Origin: Prochlorococcus sp. MIT 0801
Lineage (GTDB): Bacteria; Cyanobacteriota; Cyanobacteriia; PCC-6307; Cyanobiaceae
NCBI RefSeq assembly: GCF_000757865.1
Contig: NZ_CP007754.1
Location: 1,860,001-1,892,000 of the forward strand
Reading direction: 5' to 3'
Length of the DNA: 32,000 nt
Made by a program: the position numbers and the translations under genes. Shown here piece after piece: positions 9,904 to 21,734 of this stretch. The first letter of the stretch is position 1; every line of letters begins with the position of its first letter. Below the pieces are notes generated by a model. The model did not search any database. It was not told the DNA's origin and saw only the letters and a list, made by a program, of their open reading frames with translations.

Positions 9904-10437
9904 CTAGTATTTTCTTCGACTAGATCTTGGTATGTTTTTTCTTCTTGGAGGAGTTCGTTCCTCGACACAAGAATCGTTTGCATCGCATGCATTTTGTTTA
10001 ATTAAATTATCTTTTCTTTCCCACTTATTTAATTTAAAAGATTGATCGTCGGGCCATTCATCTAGTTCGTCTGTATTATTTCTCCTTCCTTCAATCTGAG
10101 GTGGTAAAGCTTTAGGAGTTCTTAAGGAAATAGCACTTAAGGGTCTTTTTAAATTGTTTGTGCTTTCTTGAAACGATTCATCAACTAAATCTTCATTATC
10201 CAACCAATCGTCATCATCCTCAAAAAACCAATCGATTTTCTCTTCCATCCAACGACCAACTTTTTCGAAATTTGCTGAAGTTTCTTTATCTTGCCACCCT
10301 CCCCTTCTTTGACCTGGGCGATTACCTGCAACACCATCTACAACCTGTTTTCCAGTTTGTATCCATTTATCCATTCTGCGATCAAGAGGCGCTCGAGATC
10401 GCTGACGAATTTGATTGCGATTGTTATGTGAGATCAT
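9904..10437 (-). CDS. Hypothetical protein; basic termini, acidic Trp-rich core, probably largely disordered
   Basis: 177-aa ORF with an ATG start in an AT-rich genome where random ORFs of this length are unlikely. I recognise no family. Composition features include DWFFEDDDDWLDNEDL and an RRKNIPRSSRRKY tail. Confidence 0.55.
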   Translation of the reverse strand: MISHNNRNQIRQRSRAPLDRRMDKWIQTGKQVVDGVAGNRPGQRRGGWQDKETSANFEKVGRWMEEKIDWFFEDDDDWLDNEDLVDESFQESTNNLKRPLSAISLRTPKALPPQIEGRRNNTDELDEWPDDQSFKLNKWERKDNLIKQNACDANDSCVEERTPPRRKNIPRSSRRKY

Positions 10438-10529
10438 CTTTTAAATTTAACGCTTTCAAACCAACAAGTGAATCACCGTAAAGATGAAATTATTCAAAAA
10501 TTCAAATAAAAGCCAATTAAAGAAGAAAA

Positions 10530-11081
10530 TTATTTATTACTTCTAGAAAAAGGTTGAAATTCAAGAACGCATTTTTGATTCCATCGACCTCCAAAATAAT
10601 TATTACAACAACTGCGGCAGGCAGCGCCTTTAACAATACGTCTATAACTAAAACTTTTTTTACATGAAGGGCATGTTGCCACCCATTTGGGGATTCTTTT
10701 TAATATTGGGAACGAGTGACGAACTGTTACTTGAAAATCAGTTTGAGCGGAATTGATCTCTGCCATACGTTGGTGAAAATTAGGGCCATGTGCCTCTTCA
10801 ACTTTCAGGACAAGATCTATCCAGGCATGAATCATTTCGTGACACAATGTACTCGTCAAAGCTTTTTGGGGAAGATTCTCTAATACTGGTCTGGACAGAA
10901 TTATTGCACTAGCTTTATTTCCAAAGAAATTCGTTTTACTTCTATAGATCCCAGCAGTTGTACGCATGCGGCCATCACTCCAACGAACAGAGACTCTGGG
11001 GAGTCCATTCTCGGATAAAGAGTTCTGAAAATATTGCCTGTTTAATTCAAGAAATAATGGCAATACAGGTATTAAAGACAT
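10530..11081 (-). CDS. SprT-like zinc metalloprotease with C-terminal zinc ribbon
   Basis: 183 aa. HExxH motif in LCHEMIHAW, preceded by the SprT-type R.TAG.Y segment. The C-terminus carries CPSC...17 aa...CRSC, a four-Cys ribbon. Confidence 0.75.
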   Translation of the reverse strand: MSLIPVLPLFLELNRQYFQNSLSENGLPRVSVRWSDGRMRTTAGIYRSKTNFFGNKASAIILSRPVLENLPQKALTSTLCHEMIHAWIDLVLKVEEAHGPNFHQRMAEINSAQTDFQVTVRHSFPILKRIPKWVATCPSCKKSFSYRRIVKGAACRSCCNNYFGGRWNQKCVLEFQPFSRSNK

Positions 11082-11199
11082 TGATGCCTAAAACTCATTA
11101 GCATAATAATTCCGATAACATTCTGTCTGACTATCGATAACAAACAAGCTAATCTCATGGCTAATAAGTCAGAATCTTTAACTAAAAGGAATTCACAAA

Positions 11200-11622
11200 A
11201 TGGATAGTGCTCTTATCAAGGCAATTGGATTAAAAGCTCTCTTCGTTGGAGTTGGAGCACTTCTCCTTTTTTGGATTTTTAACGCAATTAAACTCGTCAT
11301 AAGTGCTAGAGGTATTAATCCACTTGTCAAAAAGTTTTTTGATCAAATTGCTGCCGGACGAATTGATGGAGCTTATAGACTTACAACAAAAGAGTATAAA
11401 ACACATGTCACTAGACAAGACTTCATCAAATTTTTAGGTAGCTTGCAATTAAATCGATATAGAAACTTGAAGTCAGGGCGTCCAAGAATAGAAGACAATC
11501 AAATAATGCTCACACTAAGCTTGAAATCAGAAGATAAGAAAAATGAAATGCCGCTTGACTTTACTTTTATTAAGATCAACGAAAATTGGCAAATAGATCG
11601 TATTGCAAAAGCCAATACGTAA
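11200..11622 (+). CDS. Hypothetical membrane-anchored protein (one N-terminal TM helix; small C-terminal domain, possibly NTF2-like)
   Basis: 140 aa. The hydrophobic stretch LKALFVGVGALLLFWIFNAI is followed by a soluble domain ending in FTFIKINENWQIDRI. The family assignment is uncertain. Confidence 0.6.
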   Translation: MDSALIKAIGLKALFVGVGALLLFWIFNAIKLVISARGINPLVKKFFDQIAAGRIDGAYRLTTKEYKTHVTRQDFIKFLGSLQLNRYRNLKSGRPRIEDNQIMLTLSLKSEDKKNEMPLDFTFIKINENWQIDRIAKANT

Positions 11623-11640
11623 CTAAGCCAAACGTGATAA

Positions 11641-13891
<2,251 letters not shown>

Positions 13892-13899
13892 TCTAACGA

Positions 13900-14511
13900 T
13901 TAAGAATCCTGATTTATTTTTCTTGCTGAACGTAAAACCAAAATAACAATTAAAATTGTTGAAAAGATACTAATTAAGCTCCAAACAAATGAACTTGTAT
14001 CAGATCTTCCGGAAAGCACCTCGCCAAAATTTGAAACTTTAAGTGCTAAGGAACCCAAGCTGCAATATAAAATTGTTCCAGGTAATATACCAATCATTCC
14101 AATAGTAAAATCACGAACTTTTACATCGCTCAAGCCATAAGTAAAATTAAGTAAACCAAATGGAAAAAGAGGAGAAAGTCTAGTTAAAAGAATGACTTTT
14201 AGACCCTCGCGTTTAACAGCCTTCTCCATAATTTGAACTTTTGGAAAATTCGAGACCTTGTTTTGAGCCCATTCTTTTAAAAAAGTTCTCCCTAAATAAA
14301 AAGTTAGGTGAGCTCCAACAAAAGCACCTACAAAAACAACCGAACTTCCAAGCCAAGTTCCATAAAGAAAGCCAGACAACATGGAAAGCCAGGAGCCTGG
14401 CAGCAAGCAAGACACCCAAAAAACATAAACCAAAGCAAAACCCAAAATTCCTAAAGGACTGCTTAAAAAAGGAATAAAAGAATTGACTAGAGTTTCTATG
14501 TTATGAGTCAT
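13900..14511 (-). CDS. DedA / TVP38-TMEM64 (SNARE-associated) family membrane protein
   Basis: Multi-pass hydrophobic protein. The G.L.G...G......G...GA...F.LGR motif and the LSP.FPF.L.N...GLS block are typical of this family. The ORF-track start at 14529 is TTG, so I prefer ATG 14511 (MTHNIETL...), 14 nt after the valS stop. Confidence 0.8.
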   Translation of the reverse strand: MTHNIETLVNSFIPFLSSPLGILGFALVYVFWVSCLLPGSWLSMLSGFLYGTWLGSSVVFVGAFVGAHLTFYLGRTFLKEWAQNKVSNFPKVQIMEKAVKREGLKVILLTRLSPLFPFGLLNFTYGLSDVKVRDFTIGMIGILPGTILYCSLGSLALKVSNFGEVLSGRSDTSSFVWSLISIFSTILIVILVLRSARKINQDS

Positions 14512-14525
14512 AAGTTGTAGATAGA

Positions 14526-17327
14526 TCAATCCAATCCCATTAGACGCTCTTTGACTAGACGGACTTGAGCTTCTGACTCAGTTAAGTTTGCTCTGCATTC
14601 TTCAACAACCTCTTTGGGAGCTTTATCAACAAAATTCTTATTCGCTAAACGTCTAGAAAGACTTTCAATTTCTTTTTGTGCTTTATTTAAATCTTTTTCT
14701 AGCCTAGATCGTAATGAAGCTATATCTATCAATCCTTCAATAGGCAGCACTACCTCAAGCTCTCCACTTACTCCTGCTAGAGCTTTCATTGAAGGCAATG
14801 ACTTTGCTTGCTCAGGAGATAATATCTGTACTTCCTTAGCCTTGGTCAAAACAGCAATATCATTGATTGATGTTGTTAGTGTTTTTTGTAAGACCTCCTT
14901 ACCAGAAACCAACATGACAGGAACTTTTTGAGAGGGTTTCAACCCAGCAACTGCTCTTAGATTGCGAATCAATCTGATAGATGCAAATAAATCAGAGAAA
15001 GAACTCTCTAAATCGAGATTCAAGTCTTGTTCATTTGATTTGGGCCAAGGCTGCAAAGCTAAAAATTGATTCTCATCTAAACCTGTTAATCCATGCCAAA
15101 GCTCCTCTGTCAAATGAGGCATTAGAGGGTGAAGCATAATCAAAAGATCACTTAGAACTTTGTATAAAACACTTTTCGCTATTTTTCGATCTAATAATTC
15201 ATCGGAAGAAAGATTTTCTGAATTATTCAATCGCCGTTTAATTAATTCTAAATACCAATCACAAAAATCATTCCAAGCAAATTCATATAATCCCTTAGCG
15301 GCCTCTCCTAGAGCATAATTTTCATATCGATTAGCAGTCTCATGATTGACTCGTGCAAGTCTTGATAAAATCCACCTGTCCGATAATTGCAACTTAGAAG
15401 AATCGTATTTCTCCAAGTTTTCATAATCTTGATCTTCAAGATTAATAAGAGCAAACCTAGTTGCATTCCAAAGCTTATTAGCAAAATTTCTAGATGCCTC
15501 AACCGTTGCTGATGTTTGATTTTTACGATCAAAGTCAAGACGTATATCTTGGCCCGCACCTGCAACTTCACGAACAAGAGCAAACCTTAAAGCATCTGTT
15601 CCATATCTTTCTATTAGTAATAAAGGATCAATGCCATTTCCAGCACTTTTACTCATTTTTCTGTTCTGTTCATCTCTAACAAGTCCGTGAATATAGACGT
15701 CAGCAAATGGCATCCGCTCCGTAAAGACACCAGCCATCATTGTCATCCTTGCAACCCAAAAGAAAATAATGTCAAAGCCAGTAACCAAAGTGTTCGTGGG
15801 ATACCAACGTTGAAAATCAGGATGGGTTTCATCAGGCCAGCCTAATGTAGAAAAAGGCCATAATCCGCTGGAAAACCATGTATCTAGCACATCTTCATCT
15901 TGCTCAATTTTAACTGAATCTCCATATTTTTCTCGTGCTAATTTCTTCGCTTCATCTTCTGTTCGAGCAACAATGTACGGGGTTTCATTAACAACTTTAT
16001 TATCTGTTTGACTAATTACAAACCAAGCCGGAATGCGATGTCCCCACCAAAGTTGTCTACTAATACACCAATCTCTTATATCAGTTAACCAATCACGATA
16101 AACTTTAGACCATCTATTAGGAATAAATTTAGGTTGTCCTTTCTCAAAAAATTCAGAACAACTACTAGAGAGAGGATCCATTTTCACAAACCACTGAGTT
16201 GACAACAATGGCTCTACTGGTACTTTCCCTCTGTCAGAGAAAGGAACACTATGTTTATAAGCTTCTATTTTGGTTAAAAGACCAATCGCCTTTAAAGAAT
16301 CAATAACAGCTTCACGAGCTTCAAAACGATCCAAGCCTTCAAATTGACCTGCATTGTGATTCATCGTTCCTTTTTTGGTCATGACTGTTATTTGAGGTAA
16401 GTCATGTCTCTGACCTATCTCAAAATCATTAGGATCATGAGCTGGAGTGACTTTGACACATCCAGTTCCAAAATCTTTATCTACATGAGGATCTCCAATA
16501 ATTGGAATGGTTCTGCCAACTAAAGGCAAAGTAAGTTTCTCCCCTATGAGATCTTTATACCTTTCATCTGATGGGTTCACAGCAACTGCGACATCCCCAA
16601 GCATCGTCTCAGGACGTGTAGTCGCTACTTCTAAGTAACTAATTTGTTTCGCACTTGATACAGATGATGTGACTAGGGGATATCGAAAATGCCATAGATG
16701 TCCATCTACTTCTTTCATTTCAACTTCTAAATCACTCACAGCCGAACCAGAGGCAGGACACCAATTCACTAAATATTCTCCTCGATATATCAATCCCTTC
16801 TCATGTAAACGAACAAATGCCTCAGAAACAGCTTTACTCAGTCCTTCATCCAATGTAAATCTCTCTCTACTCCAGTCTACGGAATATCCCAAACGCTTTA
16901 ATTGATCAACAATTCTTCCACCACTTTTTTCTTTCCACTCCCAAGCTTTTTCCAAAAAAGAAGCTCTACCAAGATCACGACGATTTTTGCCCTCTTCCTT
17001 AAGTTGTCGCTCGAGAATAGTTTGAACCGCAATTGAAGCATGGTCTGTTCCTGGAAGACAAAGAACATTATTGCCTTTTAATCTCTTATACCTGACAACT
17101 GTATCGATTAAAGCAGTATTAAAAGCATGCCCCATATGCAAACTACCTGTGACATTTGGAGGAGGAATAACTACGGAGAATGGGTCTCCAGGCGCTGATG
17201 GATCAGGTTGAAAAGCTCCTTTTTCTTCCCAAGCTTTCTGCCACCGATTTTCAGTACCTACTGGATCATATGTTTTAGGAAGCCCTGAGGCTTCAGATAA
17301 TTTTGTAGTTTTTGCCCGCTCTATCAC
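14526..17327 (-). CDS. valS: Valyl-tRNA synthetase
   Basis: 933 aa. It has LPKTYDP..E..W, the HIGH-type motif [17 protein letters not shown], and a C-terminal coiled coil. It has a GTG start. Confidence 0.95.
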   Translation of the reverse strand: MIERAKTTKLSEASGLPKTYDPVGTENRWQKAWEEKGAFQPDPSAPGDPFSVVIPPPNVTGSLHMGHAFNTALIDTVVRYKRLKGNNVLCLPGTDHASIAVQTILERQLKEEGKNRRDLGRASFLEKAWEWKEKSGGRIVDQLKRLGYSVDWSRERFTLDEGLSKAVSEAFVRLHEKGLIYRGEYLVNWCPASGSAVSDLEVEMKEVDGHLWHFRYPLVTSSVSSAKQISYLEVATTRPETMLGDVAVAVNPSDERYKDLIGEKLTLPLVGRTIPIIGDPHVDKDFGTGCVKVTPAHDPNDFEIGQRHDLPQITVMTKKGTMNHNAGQFEGLDRFEAREAVIDSLKAIGLLTKIEAYKHSVPFSDRGKVPVEPLLSTQWFVKMDPLSSSCSEFFEKGQPKFIPNRWSKVYRDWLTDIRDWCISRQLWWGHRIPAWFVISQTDNKVVNETPYIVARTEDEAKKLAREKYGDSVKIEQDEDVLDTWFSSGLWPFSTLGWPDETHPDFQRWYPTNTLVTGFDIIFFWVARMTMMAGVFTERMPFADVYIHGLVRDEQNRKMSKSAGNGIDPLLLIERYGTDALRFALVREVAGAGQDIRLDFDRKNQTSATVEASRNFANKLWNATRFALINLEDQDYENLEKYDSSKLQLSDRWILSRLARVNHETANRYENYALGEAAKGLYEFAWNDFCDWYLELIKRRLNNSENLSSDELLDRKIAKSVLYKVLSDLLIMLHPLMPHLTEELWHGLTGLDENQFLALQPWPKSNEQDLNLDLESSFSDLFASIRLIRNLRAVAGLKPSQKVPVMLVSGKEVLQKTLTTSINDIAVLTKAKEVQILSPEQAKSLPSMKALAGVSGELEVVLPIEGLIDIASLRSRLEKDLNKAQKEIESLSRRLANKNFVDKAPKEVVEECRANLTESEAQVRLVKERLMGLD

Positions 17328-17400
17328 AGAAAAAAAATGTGTTTAATTTAATTTACTCATTCCCGACAAAAGTTTTACATCATTCTTGCTTTTCCTAAAT

Positions 17401-17865
17401 TCAAATGTCACTTTTCACGTTCCAAGGAATCGAAACTATTGAGTCATGCCTTTCCCATGCAGCCGAAGATAAAGAAACCTTGTCACTTAAACCGACCATT
17501 TCTAAGGCTTGAACTACGTCATTATTATTAATCCTCTTATCTAAAGCTATGGGCATAATCAAAACTTGCGCTTCTGCAGGATCAGCCATCACATGTAATG
17601 ACAAATCCTCTAAAGCTCTTTCAAAAAATATTTTTCTCATTCGACTTGTTAAAGGAGAACCCATCGCTTTCGCAAACATTTCTAGGCTTTCTTTTTCTCC
17701 AGAAAGCCCACAATTTAAACTTAACCAAATTAAAAATTTAGCCCAACTATCTACGCTCCATAATGGCTGAAAGCTATCTCGCTTACTATAAATTAATTCC
17801 AGCAATGCGAACTCAAAAGCTTTTGCTTGAATAGACGTGCGAGATATTTGTTCCATAGAAGACAT
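17401..17865 (-). CDS. Hypothetical protein
   Basis: 154-aa ORF with an ATG start. Its codon and amino-acid composition matches its neighbours. I recognise no family. Confidence 0.6.
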   Translation of the reverse strand: MSSMEQISRTSIQAKAFEFALLELIYSKRDSFQPLWSVDSWAKFLIWLSLNCGLSGEKESLEMFAKAMGSPLTSRMRKIFFERALEDLSLHVMADPAEAQVLIMPIALDKRINNNDVVQALEMVGLSDKVSLSSAAWERHDSIVSIPWNVKSDI

Positions 17866-17919
17866 TTTCTACAACTACAGCCAAACTAGTGTTTATTGTT
17901 CGTTATCTAATTATTTGTC

Positions 17920-18171
17920 ATGGATCTGAACGACCCTGAACTTGAGTTCTCCGATCTTGTTTACGCATATCAAAGCTGGGTCATCGCTGTAATCAACGAT
18001 GAAAAATTAAATAGTAAAGAAAAGTTGCTTACTGAGGAAATATCAGATGATGCTTTAAATGCTATGAGATTCTTACCAGGTGAAGTAACTAGCGCAATTG
18101 AAACAAGTTTAGCTCGCGTCTATGAAGTTGATTCCGATGAGCTCTCTGCGATCTTGTTTCCAGAAGAATAA
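17920..18171 (+). CDS. Hypothetical small acidic protein
   Basis: 83-aa ORF with an ATG start, divergent from the 154-aa gene across 54 nt. It is strongly acidic (many D/E). I recognise no family. Confidence 0.5.
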   Translation: MDLNDPELEFSDLVYAYQSWVIAVINDEKLNSKEKLLTEEISDDALNAMRFLPGEVTSAIETSLARVYEVDSDELSAILFPEE

Positions 18172-18210
18172 ATTCAATTCGCTAATTGTTTTAAAAACTT
18201 ATTGAACTTT

Positions 18211-18555
18211 TCACAGTTTTAGTTTTCTAAAGCCTGATCCACATGGAGAAGGTTCAGCCCCTTTTGGTGTGCTAATCAGAAATCCACCTCCACTTAGATC
18301 ACCGAAATAATTCAGCTTCAGACCTTGAAACAACAGAATTTGATCTTGACGAGCATACAAAGTAATCCCGTCAGCTCTAGCGAGTGGAACACCTTCGTTT
18401 TTTCCCGGCCTAATTCTGATAAATTGCCAACCCTCCCCAGACTTATCATCCAATAAATCAATATGCATAACTCCAGGAGATCCAGTAAAAGCAGCTTGCC
18501 TGTTTAACTCTGCGACTGCCGTTGCTGAAATTTTTAATCCAGGACCATTTTGCAT
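18211..18555 (-). CDS. HesB/IscA-fold protein lacking the canonical Fe-S cysteine ligands
   Basis: 114 aa. LKISATAVAELNRQ... and ADGITLYARQDQILLFQGLKLNYFGDLSGGGFLISTP follow the HesB/IscA domain pattern (i.lT..A...i ; dG..v.vD......L.G..iDy...l.g.gF.i.NP). The C-terminus is PCGSGF instead of CGCG.SF, and this is the only Cys in the protein. Confidence 0.62.
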   Translation of the reverse strand: MQNGPGLKISATAVAELNRQAAFTGSPGVMHIDLLDDKSGEGWQFIRIRPGKNEGVPLARADGITLYARQDQILLFQGLKLNYFGDLSGGGFLISTPKGAEPSPCGSGFRKLKL

Positions 18556-18572
18556 AAATAAAGAAATTTAGA

Positions 18573-18644
<72 letters not shown>

Positions 18645-18784
18645 ATACAATTTTTAGTCCTTTGACTAATTCATTTACTTTATACCTCAAGCTGCTCTGT
18701 TGTTGAGAATTAATCATAATTAGATCAACGATTCAAAAAAAATCGTTTCTGAGCTTAGTAACAGTTCTATCAAGACAACTAGAA

Positions 18785-19597
18785 ATGACAAACACAAACC
18801 AAATAAATACAAAAAATAAAATGAATAAACTCCTTGAAGTAGTTTCAGACCTTAGAGATCCAATCAATGGCTGTCCTTGGGACCTAAAGCAAACGCATCT
18901 TTCTTTGGTCCCATATGTTCTAGAAGAAGCCTATGAAGTTGCTCACGCAATAAGAGAAGAAAATCCTAGTGAATTAAAAGAAGAGCTTGGAGATCTCTTA
19001 CTACAAGTAATTTTGCATGCTCAAATAGCAAAAGAAAAAAACTTATTTGACATAACTGACATCATTGACATGATCACTGAAAAACTAATTCGAAGGCATC
19101 CACATGTATTTCAAAATAAAGCAAAAGTTAGTATCAAAGAAGTGGAAGACTCTTGGGAAACAATCAAGAATAATGAAAAACCATTAAATAATTCAAACAC
19201 CCCAATTAGTGACCGATTGAAATTAAAGATAAGACCACAACCTTCTACGAAAGCAGCACTGATTATCTCCAAAAAAGCTTCAAAAAACGGATTCGAATGG
19301 GAAAAAATTGATCAAATCTGGGATAAATTATATGAAGAATTAGAAGAATTAAAAGATGCATTAAAAAAAGAAAATACTTCCGAAGCTGAAGCTGAAATAG
19401 GAGACGTATTATTTACATTGATAAATATTGCAAGATGGAATAAAATTTCAATAGAAGATGGATTAGCAAAAACTAATAAAAGATTCCTAGAACGATTAAC
19501 ATACATAGAAGAAAATATAGATGGCGAATTACATTCCCAATCAAAAAAGAAATTAGAAAAATACTGGAAATTAGCGAAGATCAATCTCAAGCATTAA
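18785..19597 (+). CDS. mazG: Nucleoside triphosphate pyrophosphohydrolase MazG (tandem MazG domains)
   Basis: [34 protein letters not shown] plus [10 protein letters not shown] form the first domain. EELEELKDA......[17 protein letters not shown] forms the second. The real start may be the internal ATG at 18821 (MNKLLEVV...). Confidence 0.88.
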   Translation: MTNTNQINTKNKMNKLLEVVSDLRDPINGCPWDLKQTHLSLVPYVLEEAYEVAHAIREENPSELKEELGDLLLQVILHAQIAKEKNLFDITDIIDMITEKLIRRHPHVFQNKAKVSIKEVEDSWETIKNNEKPLNNSNTPISDRLKLKIRPQPSTKAALIISKKASKNGFEWEKIDQIWDKLYEELEELKDALKKENTSEAEAEIGDVLFTLINIARWNKISIEDGLAKTNKRFLERLTYIEENIDGELHSQSKKKLEKYWKLAKINLKH

Positions 19598-19607
19598 TAT
19601 CATAATT

Positions 19608-20474
19608 ATGAATTACAAACTAAAAACAAAAGCAGAGTGGCTTGACGAGTATCATCAAGGCGTTAGATATGGACTACAGGGAAAATTAATATTAGAAGAG
19701 TCTAGTCCTTTTCAAAAGATTGCCATATATGAAAGCAAAAGATATGGAAAAGCACTATTACTTGATGATTGTTGGATGACTGCAGAGAAGTCTGAAAAGT
19801 GTTATCACGAATCTCTTATTCATCCTGCCTTATGTTGTTCTACACAAATAGAAAATATTTTAATCATTGGAGGAGGTGATGGTGGTAGTGCAAGAGAATG
19901 TTTAAAATATAAAGAGGTTCAGTCTATCGATTTAGTTGAAATTGATCTAAGAGTTATTGAATTAAGTCAAAAGTATTTGCCTACTATTGGAGGAGATGCA
20001 TGGTCTGATTCAAGATTGAATTTACAAATAAAAAATGGAATTGATTGGGTAAAACATACACCAGAGAATTCATATGATGTGATTATTATTGATGGCGCAG
20101 ATCCTATTGGACCGTCCAAAGAATTATTCAGCAATTCTTTTCTCAAAGATTGCAAACGAATACTTAAACAAGGAGGGGTTTTGGCAACACAAAGTGAATC
20201 TCCAGAGTCTTTTCAAAAGATTCATATAAATATTGTCAAAGTTCTTCGTGAAATTTTTGACTACGCAGATCCAATGTACGGTTCTGTATCTATATACCCA
20301 AGCGGTTTATGGAGCTGGACATTTGCATCTATGGAGCAGCAAAAATATATGCATCCAAAAAAAAGTCGAGTAAAAGAGATCTCCGAAAATTGTCAGATTT
20401 GGAGTGCGCGATGGCAGCAAGGTGCATTTAACTCTATTCCTGCATTCATAGAAAGGGAGCTAGCAAAAACATGA
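19608..20474 (+). CDS. speE: Spermidine synthase
   Basis: 288 aa. [23 protein letters not shown] and the [11 protein letters not shown]/dcSAM-binding motif are present. Its stop overlaps the speB start (ATGA at 20471-20474). Confidence 0.9.
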   Translation: MNYKLKTKAEWLDEYHQGVRYGLQGKLILEESSPFQKIAIYESKRYGKALLLDDCWMTAEKSEKCYHESLIHPALCCSTQIENILIIGGGDGGSARECLKYKEVQSIDLVEIDLRVIELSQKYLPTIGGDAWSDSRLNLQIKNGIDWVKHTPENSYDVIIIDGADPIGPSKELFSNSFLKDCKRILKQGGVLATQSESPESFQKIHINIVKVLREIFDYADPMYGSVSIYPSGLWSWTFASMEQQKYMHPKKSRVKEISENCQIWSARWQQGAFNSIPAFIERELAKT

Positions 20475-21370
20475 CCCAATCCAACCTCAAAGATCTATCA
20501 CTGTTTAATAACGACGGTGCAATATTTATGGGCGCCCAAAGAGGCATCGATCAATGCAGAGTGTCACTTTTAGGAGTTCCTTATGATGGAACTTGTTGCT
20601 TTAGACCTGGTGCAAGATTTGGTCCTTCTGCTATTAGGGAAGATAGTTATGGAATTGAAACATATTGTCCGCAATTAGATTTAGATTTAGAAGATATTAA
20701 CTTTACTGATATAGGTTCATTAGATGTTCCCCTTGGAGATGCAGAATTAACACTTGATTATATAAGCGATGCTACAAATATTTTACTTAAAAATAATTTA
20801 AAGCCTCTTATTATTGGTGGAGAACATTCAATAACAATTGGGATTATTAAATCAATAATTACTAATTATCCTGACTTAATTATGCTTCAATTAGATGCTC
20901 ATGCAGACCTAAGAGATAAATGGTTAGGTAGTAAATATAGTCATGCATGTACTATGAAAAGATGTTTAGAAATACTACCTAGCAAAAAGATCTTTCAAAT
21001 AGGAATAAGAAGTGGAACAAAATCAGAATTTCTTGAAATGAATAATAGTAAAAGTTTAATTCAACACAATTTGGGAGAGAATGCAAAATCTTTAGAAAAA
21101 GCTCTAAACAGTTTTAAAGGGAGACCAATCTATTTAACTTTTGATTTAGATTGGTTTGATCCCTCTATAATGCCAGGAACAGGCACTCCAGAGCCCGGAG
21201 GCTATTTTTGGGGAGATTTTGCAGCAATAATAGATGTGATTAAGTCTCATAATTTAATTGGTGCAGATGTAGTCGAATTATCTCCCAAATTAGATCACAC
21301 TGGTATTAGTAGCATCCTTGCTGCAAAAGTTATACGTTCATTAATTATGTTATTGGTTAAATCATCCTAA
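20471..21370 (+). CDS. speB: Agmatinase (arginase/ureohydrolase family)
   Basis: 299 aa. It carries Mn-binding signatures [16 protein letters not shown] and [20 protein letters not shown]. It is coupled to speE. Confidence 0.9.
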   Translation: MTQSNLKDLSLFNNDGAIFMGAQRGIDQCRVSLLGVPYDGTCCFRPGARFGPSAIREDSYGIETYCPQLDLDLEDINFTDIGSLDVPLGDAELTLDYISDATNILLKNNLKPLIIGGEHSITIGIIKSIITNYPDLIMLQLDAHADLRDKWLGSKYSHACTMKRCLEILPSKKIFQIGIRSGTKSEFLEMNNSKSLIQHNLGENAKSLEKALNSFKGRPIYLTFDLDWFDPSIMPGTGTPEPGGYFWGDFAAIIDVIKSHNLIGADVVELSPKLDHTGISSILAAKVIRSLIMLLVKSS

Positions 21371-21388
21371 AAATTTGCATTTAAATTT

Positions 21389-21604
21389 TCAATCAACTAA
21401 TACCTTTCCAAAATCGAGTTGTTGATGAACAAATTTTTCAGAAATCTGTGGGAAATCAGGTTCTTTTTTTATCCAATGACCACAAGAAACAAATGAAGAT
21501 ATCTCAGAATGTATTTTTATTTTTCTAAGTTTGCACCATGAGAATGAATCAAAATGACTTGAAACACATTGATTGCAGCTCCTACAAGATCTTTTTGCAG
21601 TCAT
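21389..21604 (-). CDS. Hypothetical small Cys/His-rich protein
   Basis: 71-aa ORF with an ATG start. It is the only sizeable ORF in the 364-nt speB-gcvT interval. It has an N-terminal CRSCNQC (CxxCxxC) plus two more Cys and three His. I recognise no family. Confidence 0.4.
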   Translation of the reverse strand: MTAKRSCRSCNQCVSSHFDSFSWCKLRKIKIHSEISSFVSCGHWIKKEPDFPQISEKFVHQQLDFGKVLVD

Positions 21605-21734
21605 TAAGTCTTAACCCAAGACTCATAGAGTAGTAAAACTTTCCGGATCGAGCCACAAAGCATTAAATTTAGTTTTAGAAATTCTTACAAGTTCACGTTA
21701 TTAATTGTGAATTTCTTTTACCGTTCAACAAAAA

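Noticed and set aside
21605-21734. Possible glycine riboswitch upstream of gcvT (and in the gcvH-gcvP spacer), since gcvT is the classic riboswitch-controlled gene.
   Set aside because: The 130-nt leader is AT-rich. It lacks the conserved G/C-rich glycine-aptamer cores (GGAGAG ... CACCG ... type elements). I found only a 6-bp hairpin (agtctt/aagact) next to the divergent ORF start. An Rfam or Infernal scan would settle this.
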